The notes beneath the pieces were generated by a model. It ran no database searches. It saw nothing but the letters and a program-made list of their open reading frames with translations, and was not told the origin of the DNA. A program made the translations under genes and the position numbers. A DNA stretch of 64,000 bases, from contig NC_068996.1 in assembly GCF_001194135.2 (NCBI RefSeq), positions 23,153,250-23,217,249 of the forward strand, read 5' to 3'. The stretch is from Octopus bimaculoides (lineage: Eukaryota). This document shows, piece after piece, positions 1 through 11,555 of this stretch (its first letter is position 1; the number at the start of each line of letters is the position of its first letter).

Positions 1-769
1 TATGAGAGAACAACTCGAATCTTGCGAATTTTCCGATGTCCTCTCCCCACCCCCTGGAAAAGATTTTCCCCACAAATTACTTTATAATCGTAATGTATGC
101 CGTTTGAAAGGTACTTCTATAAAATTTCATTGAAAAAAAACAAACCATTTTCCTAAAGTTACGAGGGAAAAGCTCGGAGCTTGTGAATTTTCCGAAGTCC
201 TTTCCCCACCCTTCAGTTGCTTTGCGCGCATTTTTTTTCATATTCGTTTCCTACACATTGTTTTACACCCATTCCAGTATTTTTTTTGAGGGGGAGGGGA
301 GGGTTCATTTCCGGGTCAAGATGTAAACCTTTTTTTTTTAAGCGGTTAAAAAATTAAAAGCATACGGACATGAAACAGACATAAAATATAACATAATATA
401 ATATAACGTAATATGTATTATGTATACACACACTTGCACAAATACATTTCTGAGAGAAAATATGTAGAATAAAAATGCTGAATATACTCATGTGTGCATA
501 CGTCAGTGTGTGCGTGTGCTATCTATTTTGATAGCGAGAATTAAAAACAATAGAGTTGACTATAAACATCCGAATGGATCACTGAGAATAATATAAAGTT
601 AAAACAACACCAACTACCAGCACCATCAATATCAACAAATTGATAATAAAAATTTCATTTGTAAAAAGTTATTTTGCTAAAAAGAGCTAGCTACACAAAT
701 GTAGATATGTATATGTGCATATGTGTGTGTGTGCGCGCGCGTTTAATCAGTTATTTGTTTTAATTCATT

Positions 770-925
770 GGACTTACTGCCATGCTGAAGCATCTTGCAT
801 AGGAGAGTTTTAGTTGAGACAAATAGACACCAGTACTTATTTTTTAAATCTGATACTTATTCTATCGATCCGTATTGCCTAACATCTAAATTAGAGGGAC
901 GTAAATGAGCCAACAATCCGCTGTC
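770..925 (-). mobile_element. CORE-type SINE, degenerate 3' half
   Basis: Reverse-strand similarity to the 3' half of the full copy at 5661-6057 (GCCATGCTGAAGCA...TACTTATTCTATCGATC). Confidence 0.6.
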
Positions 926-1580
926 AAACGAAGGTGGGGGACAAGCAGAAACACACACGACGTGCTTCAACACTTCCCTCTAATAAATTTAATCTAGTCT
1001 TTCCTTTACCGTTTTCCCCATCGCTGAGTGACAACACTCTCTCCTTCATATACACGTAACCTTTTTCACTGGGGGAGGGGTCTTGTAAATTTTGTGGTGT
1101 CTGTTCTTTTTTTTCCTGTGGGGAGAGGGGATGGGTGGGCTTGGTGTCTGTATGGGGAGGGTTGGTCTGAGTGGTCTTGGGTGGGATGGAGTTGGTCTGG
1201 GGTACCACATCACACTGACTGTTCTTCCTTTTACTCTCTGTCACTGTCCACTCTTCCTCCATATTCCTTCCATCTGTCTAGTTCTTCCCTTTTCTCCTTC
1301 ATCTCCACAATCGCTTCTTCTGTTATTTTCCTCTGCAGAGAGCAGTGCGCTCTAATGTGGCCCTTTTGGCCACATTTAAAACATCGCGGGACTCTGCCCT
1401 CCACACATACTCTTAATACAATCTCTCCCAGCATCACCGTCTCCACCAAACTCTTCAATGGCCTCTCCTCTGCTTGTATAATAAAGCCCAGTGTTTTTCC
1501 TCTCCATCCTCCGTTTCTGTGGCTTGGAGGACAGCCACCTCCCCCTCGCTTCCAACGAGGAAGGGTGCTGCAACCGAAGC
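924..1580 (-). mobile_element. Retroelement gag/ORF1 remnant with CCHC zinc knuckle
   Basis: ORF 1231..1458 contains CFKCGQKGHIRAHC (CX2CX4HX4C). Frameshifted continuation EEEWTVTESKRK followed by a Pro/Thr-rich stretch. Confidence 0.75.
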
Positions 1581-1656
1581 TACTTCTAGTTGGGAAGCAA
1601 ACTTACCACACAGTTACGCCTGCACCTATATCTATTTAACTAACTTATTTATAAAC

Positions 1657-1770
1657 GCAGGAGTGGCTGTGTGGTAAGTAGCTTGCTTACCAACCACATG
1701 GTTCCGGGTTCAGTCCCACTGTGTGGAATCTTGGGCAAGTGTCTTCTACTATAGTCTCGGGCCGACCAAA
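1657..1770 (+). mobile_element. CORE-type SINE head (tRNA-derived), head-to-head with a minus-strand head at ~1588-1625
   Basis: GGAGTGGCTGTGTGGTAAG...GGTTCAGTCCC (A/B-box-like) followed by CTTGGGCAAGTGTCTTCTAC core. Confidence 0.85.
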
Positions 1771-1859
1771 AATTCTAATCATGACATTTATCTCATACTA
1801 CACATCTTTATGACCAGATTCCAAAATCCAAATCTTATAAAACCTATTAAAAGGTTTTT

Positions 1860-3345
1860 ACTCCTGAAAAATGGAGTTACGGGCCCCTATTGGGGGGTTT
1901 AAAAGTCAACCAGAGAAGTTGAATTGTTGGGAATCTTTATTTAACTTGTGTCATATCTATTGTTCAAATTTCTTTGAAATCGGAAATATACCAATGTTCA
2001 TTGGGTTTGTAAAAGAGAGCAAAGCTACAGGAAACCAAAAGACAAATGATTGCAATAAGCAGTTAGCTACCCTACCCTAGTCGTTACCACTCCCCAATGG
2101 AGGATTCCTCACCGTACAGGTGACTGGCACAGCCATAAGATACATTACAGATCTATAGCAATTGGAAAGGCATGACCCAACTCAAATAAACATTAACAGC
2201 AGTATGACGTGTGGGTTAAGGGGAAATGAAAGTGTCACCTCTGGAGTTTGCCAATGATCACTATACCGATAGGTAACTGGACAGAATAAATTTGCAATCT
2301 ATAAATCTCTTTGAAAGACCAATCACTTATCTGGAAAGGCCTTGAAATCAATGTTACCATCTGGGGGCTTTCTCTGACCCAGTGATAGTAAAAAGACTCA
2401 AAGGTGGTCTGCAACCAAATAATTTTACTCAAAATAACACTTTGCAACTGAATCAGTAGAGGCAAAGATGCCTCTCCTTTACTTGACAATTTATGCACCA
2501 CATTGCAGAAATCACAGTCTAAGTATATCTCAAAGCAAACTCTTACAGTGTTGTACCATTGAATTAATTACAAATAATGCTCATCTTGTATCCTCGGGTA
2601 ACTCTACAGCTTCCAAGACTACAATTGTATTTGTCTTCGCTTAGGAAAAATGACTAAATTAATGGGGGTTAAGCCCCCATTAAGGGGTCTTATTAACTCC
2701 TAAGAAGTTGAAATTTTAGGAATATTACTTTATTTGTGTCTAATATCTATGGTTAAAATTTCATCAACAGCAAAAATATATGAATTTTCATTGGGGTTAC
2801 AGCCTCATTTATACCCCTTCACAATCAAACATATACTGCATTACATCTGTCCTTGTGCATAAAATATAATTTCCAAATTTCATAAAGATCCATTCAGTAC
2901 TTTTGACCTAGTTTTGGATCATAAAAAGTGACTATAATTTAGGAGTTAAGGCCTCCATTAAATGGGTCTTAGAATCCTCATGAAAAGCGGAAACTTTGAG
3001 AATACTTCTTGATGTGTGTCAATTACCTATGGTTGAAATTTCATCAACATCGGAAATTAATGAATTTTCATAGTGGGGTTCTGCCCTCTTTAAGCCACCT
3101 CAAATTCAAACCAAACATACTGCATAATACCAGCCCTTATGCATTGAATCTAAGTTCCAAATATCATAAGGATTCATTCAGTAATTTTGGTGCATGACAT
3201 TTTATGAAACATATGGAATTACCCTTCTCCCTAGGATTGGATTTTGTGTTCCAAATTTCATTAGGATTGGTGCAGTAGTTTTCGAGTTTATAAGTAACAC
3301 ACATAAAGACATTGACTTTTATATAATAGATATATATGCACATAT
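1860..3345 (-). mobile_element. Helitron-like non-autonomous element with degenerate ~280-bp internal tandem repeats
   Basis: Minus-strand 5' region TATATTATATAAAAGTCAATG...CCAATCCTAATGAAATTTGG. Similar blocks at ~1870, ~2660 and ~2940; CCAAATTTCATAAAGATCC-like blocks at ~2865 and ~3147. Confidence 0.45.
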
Positions 3346-4339
3346 ACATACATGTGTATATGTGTGTGTGTGTGTATTATATATAGAGACACAGAAAGAT
3401 ACATTGATATATGCAATTGAGTGGCAAACAAAAATATGAAACACTGCCTTGAAGAATTTCTTGTTGAATGGATCGACCCCAGTGCTTTTTTTTTTTAATT
3501 TTGACAAGCCTGGTACTTATTCTATCAGTCTCTTCTTGTCAAACTAGTAAGTTATGGGGATGTAAATAAACAAACACCAGTTGTCAAGCAGTGATGAAGG
3601 AGANNNNNNNNNNNNNNNNNNNNNNNNNNNNNNNNNNNNNNNNNNNNNNNNNNNNNNNNNNNNNNNNNNNNNNNNNNNNNNNNNNNNNNNNNNNNNNNNN
3701 NNNNNNNNNNNNNNNNNNNNNNNNNNNNNNNNNNNNNNNNNNNNNNNNNNNNNNNNNNNNNNNNNNNNNNNNNNNNNNNNNNNNNNNNNNNNNNNNNNNN
3801 NNNNNNNNNNNNNNNNNNNNNNNNNNNNNNNNNNNNNNNNNNNNNNNNNNNNNNNNNNNNNNNNNNNNNNNNNNNNNNNNNNNNNNNNNNNNNNNNNNNN
3901 NNNNNNNNNNNNNNNNNNNNNNNNNNNNNNNNNNNNNNNNNNNNNNNNNNNNNNNNNNNNNNNNNNNNNNNNNNNNNNNNNNNNNNNNNNNNNNNNNNNN
4001 NNNNNNNNNNNNNNNNNNNNNNNNNNNNNNNNNNNNNNNNNNNNNNNNNNNNNNNNNNNNNNNNNNNNNNNNNNNNNNNNNNNNNNNNNNNNNNNNNNNN
4101 NNNNNNNNNNNNNNNNNNNNNNNNNNNNNNNNNNNNNNNNNNNNNNNNNNNNNNNNNNNNNNNNNNNNNNNNNNNNNNNNNNNNNNNNNNNNNNNNNNNN
4201 NNNNNNNNNNNNNNNNNNNNNNNNNNNNNNNNNNNNNNNNNNNNNNNNNNNNNNNNNNNNNNNNNNNNNNNNNNNNNNNNNNNNNNNNNNNNNNNCTCTC
4301 ATACACACGAACACACACACTCACACACAAAATAGAGAG

Positions 4340-4895
4340 TGAAGCTTTGTTGCCGTTGTTACGTCAATACCGGAAGTTGACATTGAGGAACCTTTTTAAA
4401 GAAGTGAATCTTAAATATAAAGCAATATTATTTATTTTTAATTTAAAAAATCAAATGAAGAGCCTAAGATTTATCCGAGGTCAAATTATTCACGCATCAC
4501 AAGTATGGAAGCATTTGGTGAAGTCGATTTCACGTGAAAAGCGATTACACACACATCTCTGTTTTATATATAGTATAGATATATATATGTATGTATGCAT
4601 GTATATATGTGAGATAATAGTCTCACTTCAATAGTTTCAGTATTAGTAGTGAAACTTTTAAACTGAAAGTATCTCACATTACAATAGAGAGATGTTATTG
4701 TTTCAGTTTTGACATGTAATGCTGAAATAGTGTAAGAGATAAGAGATTGCTCTGGGCTCGCATTAGGCAAGAAGTTGGGGAAATGCTTTGGCCCATGACA
4801 CTGCATGGACCTTAAGTAAGGCATGTGTAAAATTTGAAGAAAATCGGTTGGGTAGTTCTCAAGTATTGGGAATTCACACAGACACACATTCTCAT

Positions 4896-4905
<10 letters not shown>
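4340..4905 (-). mobile_element. Two adjacent Helitron-like non-autonomous 5' fragments
   Basis: Minus-strand A|TCTATACTATATATAAAACAG start at 4579. Second fragment starts TATATAAAGATGAGAATGTG...CCGATTTTCTTCAAATTT near 4900. No 3' CTAG found. Confidence 0.5.
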
Positions 4906-4944
<39 letters not shown>

Positions 4945-5660
4945 TCACAATTTTGTCAGTGAACAGGTCGCGGTCTCAAAGTGACGAAAATATTTTGACA
5001 AATTAAATTTAAATGAATCTGACGGTTTTTGTGTTATTTTAAATGGCTTATAAACACCTTCCATGCTGCAATTNNNNNNNNNNNNNNNNNNNNNNNNNNN
5101 NNNNNNNNNNNNNNNNNNNNNNNNNNNNNNNNNNNNNNNNNNNNNNNNNNNNNNNNNNNNNNNNNNNNNNNNNNNNNNNNNNNNNNNNNNNNNNNNNNNN
5201 NNNNNNNNNNNNNNNNNNNNNNNNNNNNNNNNNNNNNNNNNNNNNNNNNNNNNNNNNNNNNNNNNNNNNNNNNNNNNNNNNNNNNNNNNNNNNNNNNNNN
5301 NNNNNNNNNNNNNNNNNNNNNNNNNNNNNNNNNNNNNNNNNNNNNNNNNNNNNNNNNNNNNNNNNNNNNNNNNNNNNNNNNNNNNNNNNNNNNNNNNNNN
5401 NNNNNNNNNNNNNNNNNNNNNNNNNNNNNNNNNNNNNNNNNNNNNNNNNNNNNNNNNNNNNNNNNNNNNNNNNNNNNNNNNNNNNNNNNNNNNNNNNNNN
5501 NNNNNNNNNNNNNNNNNNNNNNNNNNNNNNNNNNNNNNNNNNNNNNNNNNNNNNNNNNNNNNNNNNNNNNNNNNNNNNNNNNNNNNNNNNNNNNNNNNNN
5601 NNNNNNNNNNNNNNNNNNNNNNNNNNNNNNNNNNNNNNNNNNNNNNNNNNNNNNNNNNNN

Positions 5661-6057
5661 GGTGTAGGAGTGGCTGTGTGGTAAGTAGCTTGCTTAAGAA
5701 CCACATGGTTCCGGGTTCAGTCCCACTGCGTGGCACCTTGGGCAAGTACCTTCTACTATATAGCCTGGGGCCGACCAAAGCCTTGTGAGTGGATTTGGTA
5801 GACGGAAACTGAAAGAAGCCCGTCGTATATATGTATGTGCGTGTATGTTTGTGTGTCTGTGTTTGTCCCCAAACATCGCTTGACAACCGATGCTGGTGTG
5901 TTTACGTCTCCCGTAACTTAGCGGTTCAGCAGAAGAAACCGATAGAATAAGTACTTAGCTTACAAAGAATAAGTCCTGGGGTCGATTTGCTCGGCTAAAA
6001 GCGGTGCTCCAGCATGGCCACAGTCAAATGACTGAAAGAAATAAAAGAGTAAAAAGT
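5661..6057 (+). mobile_element. Full-length CORE-type tRNA SINE
   Basis: tRNA-like head, GGCACCTTGGGCAAG core (MIR/CORE-like), central TA/GT microsatellite, tail ending GACTGAAAGAAATAAAAGAGT. Many copies in the window. Confidence 0.9.
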
Positions 6058-6062
6058 ATGTA

Positions 6063-7332
6063 CTAGCTGGCGTACCCGGCGTTGCCCGGAGTTGTTTGTC
6101 TGTTTGGATATTAGACCATTCATGGATGCACCTCTGAACTGAATGAAAGAAATCATAATGGCAGATGTTCCCTGCGTTGTTTAATTTATTTAGCGCAATA
6201 GTGAACATGCCGTCACACGCCCTCATCACTGTCATTGTTTTCAACTGGGACAGTAGGTCGATCTGTAAAAAAATGGTAGCAACTGAGTTTATTTTCCTTA
6301 CCACATAACTGCTGACATGTGCTGTTTAGCAGATGGAAAGGTTGAGCCTAAAGATTAGACATAAGGAGAAATAGTATGTTTACCTGTTGTTTCGCTGGGT
6401 TGCACATACAACATTATCCGTAGCACGCGTAGCAGCAGTTGCTGCAGCATCTCTTGTAAGTTGAACTGTGCATTGTGCTGCAGCTCGTGCAGCAGTAGTT
6501 GACGAAGCATCTCTTGTTATTCGATCTGGACGTTGTGCTGCAATCTCCGAAGCTCGTGCAGCAGCAGTAGAGGAAGCATTTCTTGTTCGGCGTGCTGAAC
6601 GTTGCTCGTTGCTCTGGGCGGCTCGTTGCGCAGCAACATTTGCTAACCGATCACAACGCTGCTCTTCACTTTCCCTTCTTCGTGCTGAAGCCATCTTAAG
6701 TGCATTTAGAGAGTTCCTTCTGGCGACATCCTCGGCAGATTTATTTGCACGCATATGTTTACTTTTCTTTGCAGCATTAGTTTGCCGACCTATATTGGAT
6801 CTTTTGCGTCGCGGCATGGTGGAAAATTATCAGTTTACGCAATAGAAAAAGTCCTAAGGAAAAATTGGTGAATGTGTAGCACCCAAAAAATAGTAAAATG
6901 TAAGTTGGCAAAAATGTTAATCAAACAGACCGAATTAAGGATTTTTAATTTTAAGAGTTTTGAAGCAGCTTGTTTTAAGTTGGAATAGTTATATGGAAAA
7001 GAGCGCTCACGTGAAAACAGAGCACATGTCAAATTTGGTGAAATTCGGTTGAAAATTGTAGAAGTAGAAGTGGTTCACACAACATACAGACAACTTGCCT
7101 TTTAATATGATAAGATCAAACGCGTACCGTTGCATAGACGTGGTGGGTTCAAATCCTAGGCGAATTGTGAGTAGTTTATTTATGTTGGGGGCGCAGAATT
7201 TCGAGGAAAAAATTATAAAAAGCGTCATAAGTCAAAGAGAGTACACGTGAAATTCGGTTGAAAATTTTTGGAGTAGAAGTGGTTTTACACAACACACAGA
7301 CAACTTACCTTTTAATATATAAGATAGATAGA
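6063..7332 (-). mobile_element. Helitron, internally deleted, both termini present
   Basis: Minus-strand 5' A|TCTATCTATCTTATATATTAAAAG. 3' hairpin CCGG-GCAACG-CCGG then CTAG|T at 6066-6063. A^T target site, no TSD. Confidence 0.8.
6380..6817 (-). pseudogene. N-terminal segment of Helitron Rep-helicase-like protein (145 aa)
   Basis: MPRRKRSNIGRQT start plus Arg/Ala/Glu-rich repeats (ESEEQRCDRL) resembling metazoan RepHel N-termini. Lies inside Helitron termini; no Rep or helicase motifs follow. Confidence 0.65.
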
Positions 7333-7341
7333 TATTCCCAA

Positions 7342-7425
7342 CAAGGCGGCGAGCTGGCAGAAACGTTACACCGGGCGAAATGCTTAGCGTTATTTCGTTT
7401 GTCTTTATGTTCTGAGTTCAAATTC
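7342..7425 (+). mobile_element. Meta-type SINE head
   Basis: GGCGGCGAGCTGGCAGAAACG...GTTCTGAGTTCAAATTC, the same head as 31741-31955. Confidence 0.7.
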
Positions 7426-8889
7426 CTTCTGATTAAAACGATTAAAAACAAAAACTATTAGAGAGAAATTCGAACTCGAAACGCAATGAGTGTTATGAAA
7501 TAAACTACAAAAACACTTTCTTTGACGCTCAATCAATTTCGTCACGATGGTATTCCTACGATTGTCATAAAGTCACACGTTTTCAGAGAATCAGTGTGGT
7601 TGATTTTAGTAGACTCAGTATTTAAATTATTTTGTTGGAGCCCTCAGTGGCTAATAAAGAAATGAGTATTTAAATGGTTTCTTTTGTCTACTCTAGATAT
7701 GAAAGGAAAGGAAGGCAGACGAGATCTCAACGGACTGGTATTAATAATGGACTCTCTCATCGAAAACGACGTATGAGCGTTCACAAAGGATTTGTTTATA
7801 GTGATCAAATGTTCGTGCCGCACATTAGCTCACTCTCCATCAAATCCATGTTGTGCTACGTACGCTTCAGGTGCATCAGCTGGTCTAGGAATTGAAATCA
7901 AGATCGCTAGATCGTGAGTGCTGCACCCTAACTACTAGGCCATGCACCCTATATTATTAATAATAATGATGATGTATATTAGATGTGAGAAATTATTCAA
8001 ACAAGACAAGTCTGGATGAAAACTTACAAGATGTTTTTAGAATTTGTGTAGTGAACGGGTGCGCGTGCGTACGTGTGTTGTAGTCAGAAGCGAAAAAGGA
8101 TCAGAGGAACGCGAAAGAGAAGGGGAAGTCACAGTTGAAGGAACGGAGCTAAAGAAAAGACAGCTAGAGAGAGAGAGACTTAGAGAGAGGGTGACAAAGA
8201 CAGTTGAGTGTTATACGTTGCTATGATACATTTAAAAGAGAGATGCTGCTATTAACAGAGAGGGAAAGGACAGATGCATTCACACGCACACATAGATAGA
8301 CACAACAGATCACATGGCCAAATGGGAAAGCTCAGCCGACATGTCACATGACCAACAGTAAAAGAGTAAAATGACTGATTTTACGTTATATCGTTTTAGT
8401 GTTATTTATTAAATATATGTAAGATGTAACTATTGAGAAAGTTAATATATAAAACATTATTGTATGGCTGGTTGGAAATGCAGTGGGGACACCATAAATC
8501 TAACAAAAAGAAATCCCATTTCTTCTTGACCATGCATGGGCAAGGAAGCCAATCTGTCTATTTATTCAAAGCTGTGAGCAACATTTATTATGTCAGAACC
8601 ACAAGACAGTTAATTAAAAAAAAAAAAAAAACTTTGATTTTGAGGTTTAACGAAAAGCGTATATTCCATGGTGTGCTAATGTTTCTTTAGCAAGAAATGT
8701 AGCTTGCTATAATGTTTCTTCGGCAGGCTATGTTCTGGATGCATTTTAGTTATTTAAAAAAAAAAATTTGTAATCCCGTTTCATAAATATAGAACGGAGT
8801 AATTATGATTAGAAGGAAGTAGTACTATGTTTGTTTTCTCTTGAAAACGGGAGTTGTAGGAGTTATAAAATATATTTTCATAAAAAATT

Positions 8890-9685
8890 TTGGGTAATTT
8901 TTCAGAGTAACACCTGCACGATTTTCACTAAGAAANNNNNNNNNNNNNNNNNNNNNNNNNNNNNNNNNNNNNNNNNNNNNNNNNNNNNNNNNNNNNNNNN
9001 NNNNNNNNNNNNNNNNNNNNNNNNNNNNNNNNNNNNNNNNNNNNNNNNNNNNNNNNNNNNNNNNNNNNNNNNNNNNNNNNNNNNNNNNNNNNNNNNNNNN
9101 NNNNNNNNNNNNNNNNNNNNNNNNNNNNNNNNNNNNNNNNNNNNNNNNNNNNNNNNNNNNNNNNNNNNNNNNNNNNNNNNNNNNNNNNNNNNNNNNNNNN
9201 NNNNNNNNNNNNNNNNNNNNNNNNNNNNNNNNNNNNNNNNNNNNNNNNNNNNNNNNNNNNNNNNNNNNNNNNNNNNNNNNNNNNNNNNNNNNNNNNNNNN
9301 NNNNNNNNNNNNNNNNNNNNNNNNNNNNNNNNNNNNNNNNNNNNNNNNNNNNNNNNNNNNNNNNNNNNNNNNNNNNNNNNNNNNNNNNNNNNNNNNNNNN
9401 NNNNNNNNNNNNNNNNNNNNNNNNNNNNNNNNNNNNNNNNNNNNNNNNNNNNNNNNNNNNNNNNNNNNNNNNNNNNNNNNNNNNNNNNNNNNNNNNNNNN
9501 NNNNNNNNNNNNNNNNNNNNNNNNNNNNNNNNNNNNNNNNNNNNNNNNNNNNNNNNNNNNNNNNNNNNNNNNNNNNNNNNNNNNNNNNNNNNNNNNNNNN
9601 NNNNNNNNNNNNNNNNAAAAAATCCGATTTTTTAATTTTTATTTTTGTGAAAATCGTGCGGATGCTCTGAAGAAAAATTACTCTC
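8890..9685. mobile_element. Foldback/MITE-like element spanning an assembly gap
   Basis: GCACGATTTTCAC (left of gap) is the inverse of GTGAAAATCGTGC (right). GGTAATTTTTCAGAG pairs with CTCTGAAGAAAAATTACTC. Confidence 0.45.
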
Positions 9686-9928
9686 AATTTGCTAGTGATA
9701 GCAGTCTAATTTCCTTCAAATTATACTCCAGTCTTTTTTTTTTTTGTCGGGGACACGATGCAAACTTGAATGGTTTTTTTTTGTTTTTTTAATTGTCATA
9801 TGATAATGATTGGAATGTTTCTAATAACATATTTCCTCAACTAGGGATGACCTGGGGCCAAACAACACAGCCAAAATAAAGTTAATTTGAGAAGTTCAAA
9901 CCGTTTCAGGCTAAGAAAGGCGAGCATC

Positions 9929-10103
9929 TAAATGGTCGATCTGCTAGAAATAGCAGCCAAACCTCTCATCCTACCATTTAAAACGGGAAGTATTGGTAAT
10001 ATAGGCCTAGATATTGTATTGTTTAAAACATTAAGGGGTTGATCACAACTGAAATACCTTTGACCATAAATGTGCTAGATCAGGGCTACCTAGCGATAAC
10101 AAA
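9929..10103 (+). repeat. Dispersed SINE-like family (CTGCTAGAAATAGCAGCCAAA...GATCAGGGCT)
   Basis: Related copies near 11.9, 21.5, 34.45, 39.7, 41.25 and 44.0 kb, and reversed at 52.3-52.5 kb. Confidence 0.6.
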
Positions 10104-10240
10104 TTGTCAGAATTTTTATGCATTATTTGTTCCAACACTGATTCGATTTCAAATTCCACTAAGGTCAATGAAAAAAAATAGCAATCCAAAGCACGATTGA
10201 AAGAACTCTAGATCAAATGCCTTGTTCTGAGTTCAAATAC

Positions 10241-10396
10241 CATCATGGACTCCTTGGGTGGTAGACATAAATCTGTCATCTGTTTTGAAACCACTTCCTG
10301 GCATCCGTGATGCCTTTAGCAGACTTCATTGCCTTGCAAGCATTTCGATTAGGTCTGGTTGAGAATACTTTCCTTGCTTGAACACTGAGTTCCCTC
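10241..10396 (-). other. Candidate 156-nt exon or pseudo-exon with homeodomain-like peptide
   Basis: Acceptor TTTATTTAATTTTTATGTCAG, donor G|GTATTT, locally GC-richer. One frame reads ...GITDARKWFQNR*. All three frames contain stops. Confidence 0.25.
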
Positions 10397-10423
10397 CTGA
10401 CATAAAAATTAAATAAAGCACTA

Positions 10424-10790
10424 ATGGTTGTGTGGTAAGAAGTTTTTTTCCCAGCTACATGATTCCAGATTCAGTCCCATCATGTGGCATCTTAGGCAAT
10501 TGTCTTCTACTATAACCCCAAACCAACTAAAGCTTTGTGGGTGAATTTGGTTGATAGAAACTGAAAGAAGCCTGTCATGTATACATATGTACATGCCACT
10601 ATATATGTGCATATCTATGTGTATTTGTCTCTCATCCCTGTAACTTAGCAGTTCAGCAAAAAATACTGATAGAATAGATATCAGACTTTAAAATAGAAAT
10701 AATCACTTGGATTGATTTGTTTGGTTAAACCTATCAAGGCAGTGCTCCAGCATGGCTGCATTTTTAATGACTGAAACAAGTAAAATATAA
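10424..10790 (+). mobile_element. CORE-type SINE, diverged full-length copy
   Basis: Colinear with 5661-6057 from head to GACTGAAACAAGTAAAA tail. Confidence 0.8.
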
Positions 10791-11195
10791 ATTAAAAATA
10801 ACTATATCTTCTCTGCCTGCCTGTCTATCTGTCTCTGTTTCACTGCTCCACTGAGGATAGTCGTAACAATATGCACAAACTTCTCGTGTCAAAGAGTACT
10901 GCCTTTGTCATAAAATACTACTTCAGAGAGACTAAACATTTCAGACCAGCATCAATGCTATCTTAAGGCATTGGAACTAGGGTTGGTTATCTGAAGGCTC
11001 CCACAGACAGACCAAAAGATCCAATGATAATCTATACTGTGGCTATGTGTATAGGGGACCTGATGCATGGCTTTGCCTAAGAGTAACAATATTGTTATGA
11101 TTGCCCTGCCAGACATGTGAAAATTTTAAATTTCTTTAAATAATCATGCTAATGAAGTGGCATGTGTAAATATGTATATCAGATATAGATAAATT

Positions 11196-11555
11196 GTGGA
11201 GGCGCAATGGCCCAGTGGTTAGGGCAGCGGACTCGCGGTCATAGGATCGCGGTTTCGATTCCCAGACCAGGCATTGTGAGTGTTTATTGAGCGAAAACAC
11301 AAGAAGCACCGGCAGGGGATGGTGGCGAACCCTGCTGTAATCTTCCACCAAAACTTTCTCTCACTCTTAATTCCTGTTTCCGTTGTGCCTGTAATTCAAA
11401 GGGCCAGCCTTGTCACATTGTGTCACGCTGAATATCCCCGAGAACTACGTGTCTGTGGAGTGCTCAGCCACTTGCACGTTAATTTCACGAGCAGGCTGTT
11501 CCGTTGATCGGATCAACTGGAACCCTCGATGTCGTAAGCGACGGAGTGCCAACAC
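11196..11555 (+). mobile_element. tRNA SINE of Nin/Deu-like family with 11-bp TSD
   Basis: A box TGGCCCAGTGG, B box GGTTTCGATTCC, central CGTGTCTGTGGAGTGCTCAG. TSD ATAGATAAATT at 11185-11195 and 11556-11566. Confidence 0.85.

Noticed and set aside
2235-2501. 88-aa ORF or possible helicase fragment
   Set aside because: No convincing motif in any frame; the most protein-like frame has several stops.
10241-10396. Selenocysteine or edited-UGA readthrough of the single-stop frame
   Set aside because: No SECIS or homology is visible and the exon itself is unproven; too speculative.
11196-11275. tRNA-like sequence with A and B boxes
   Set aside because: Continues into a SINE body with a TSD and has paralogues in the window; no complete cloverleaf.
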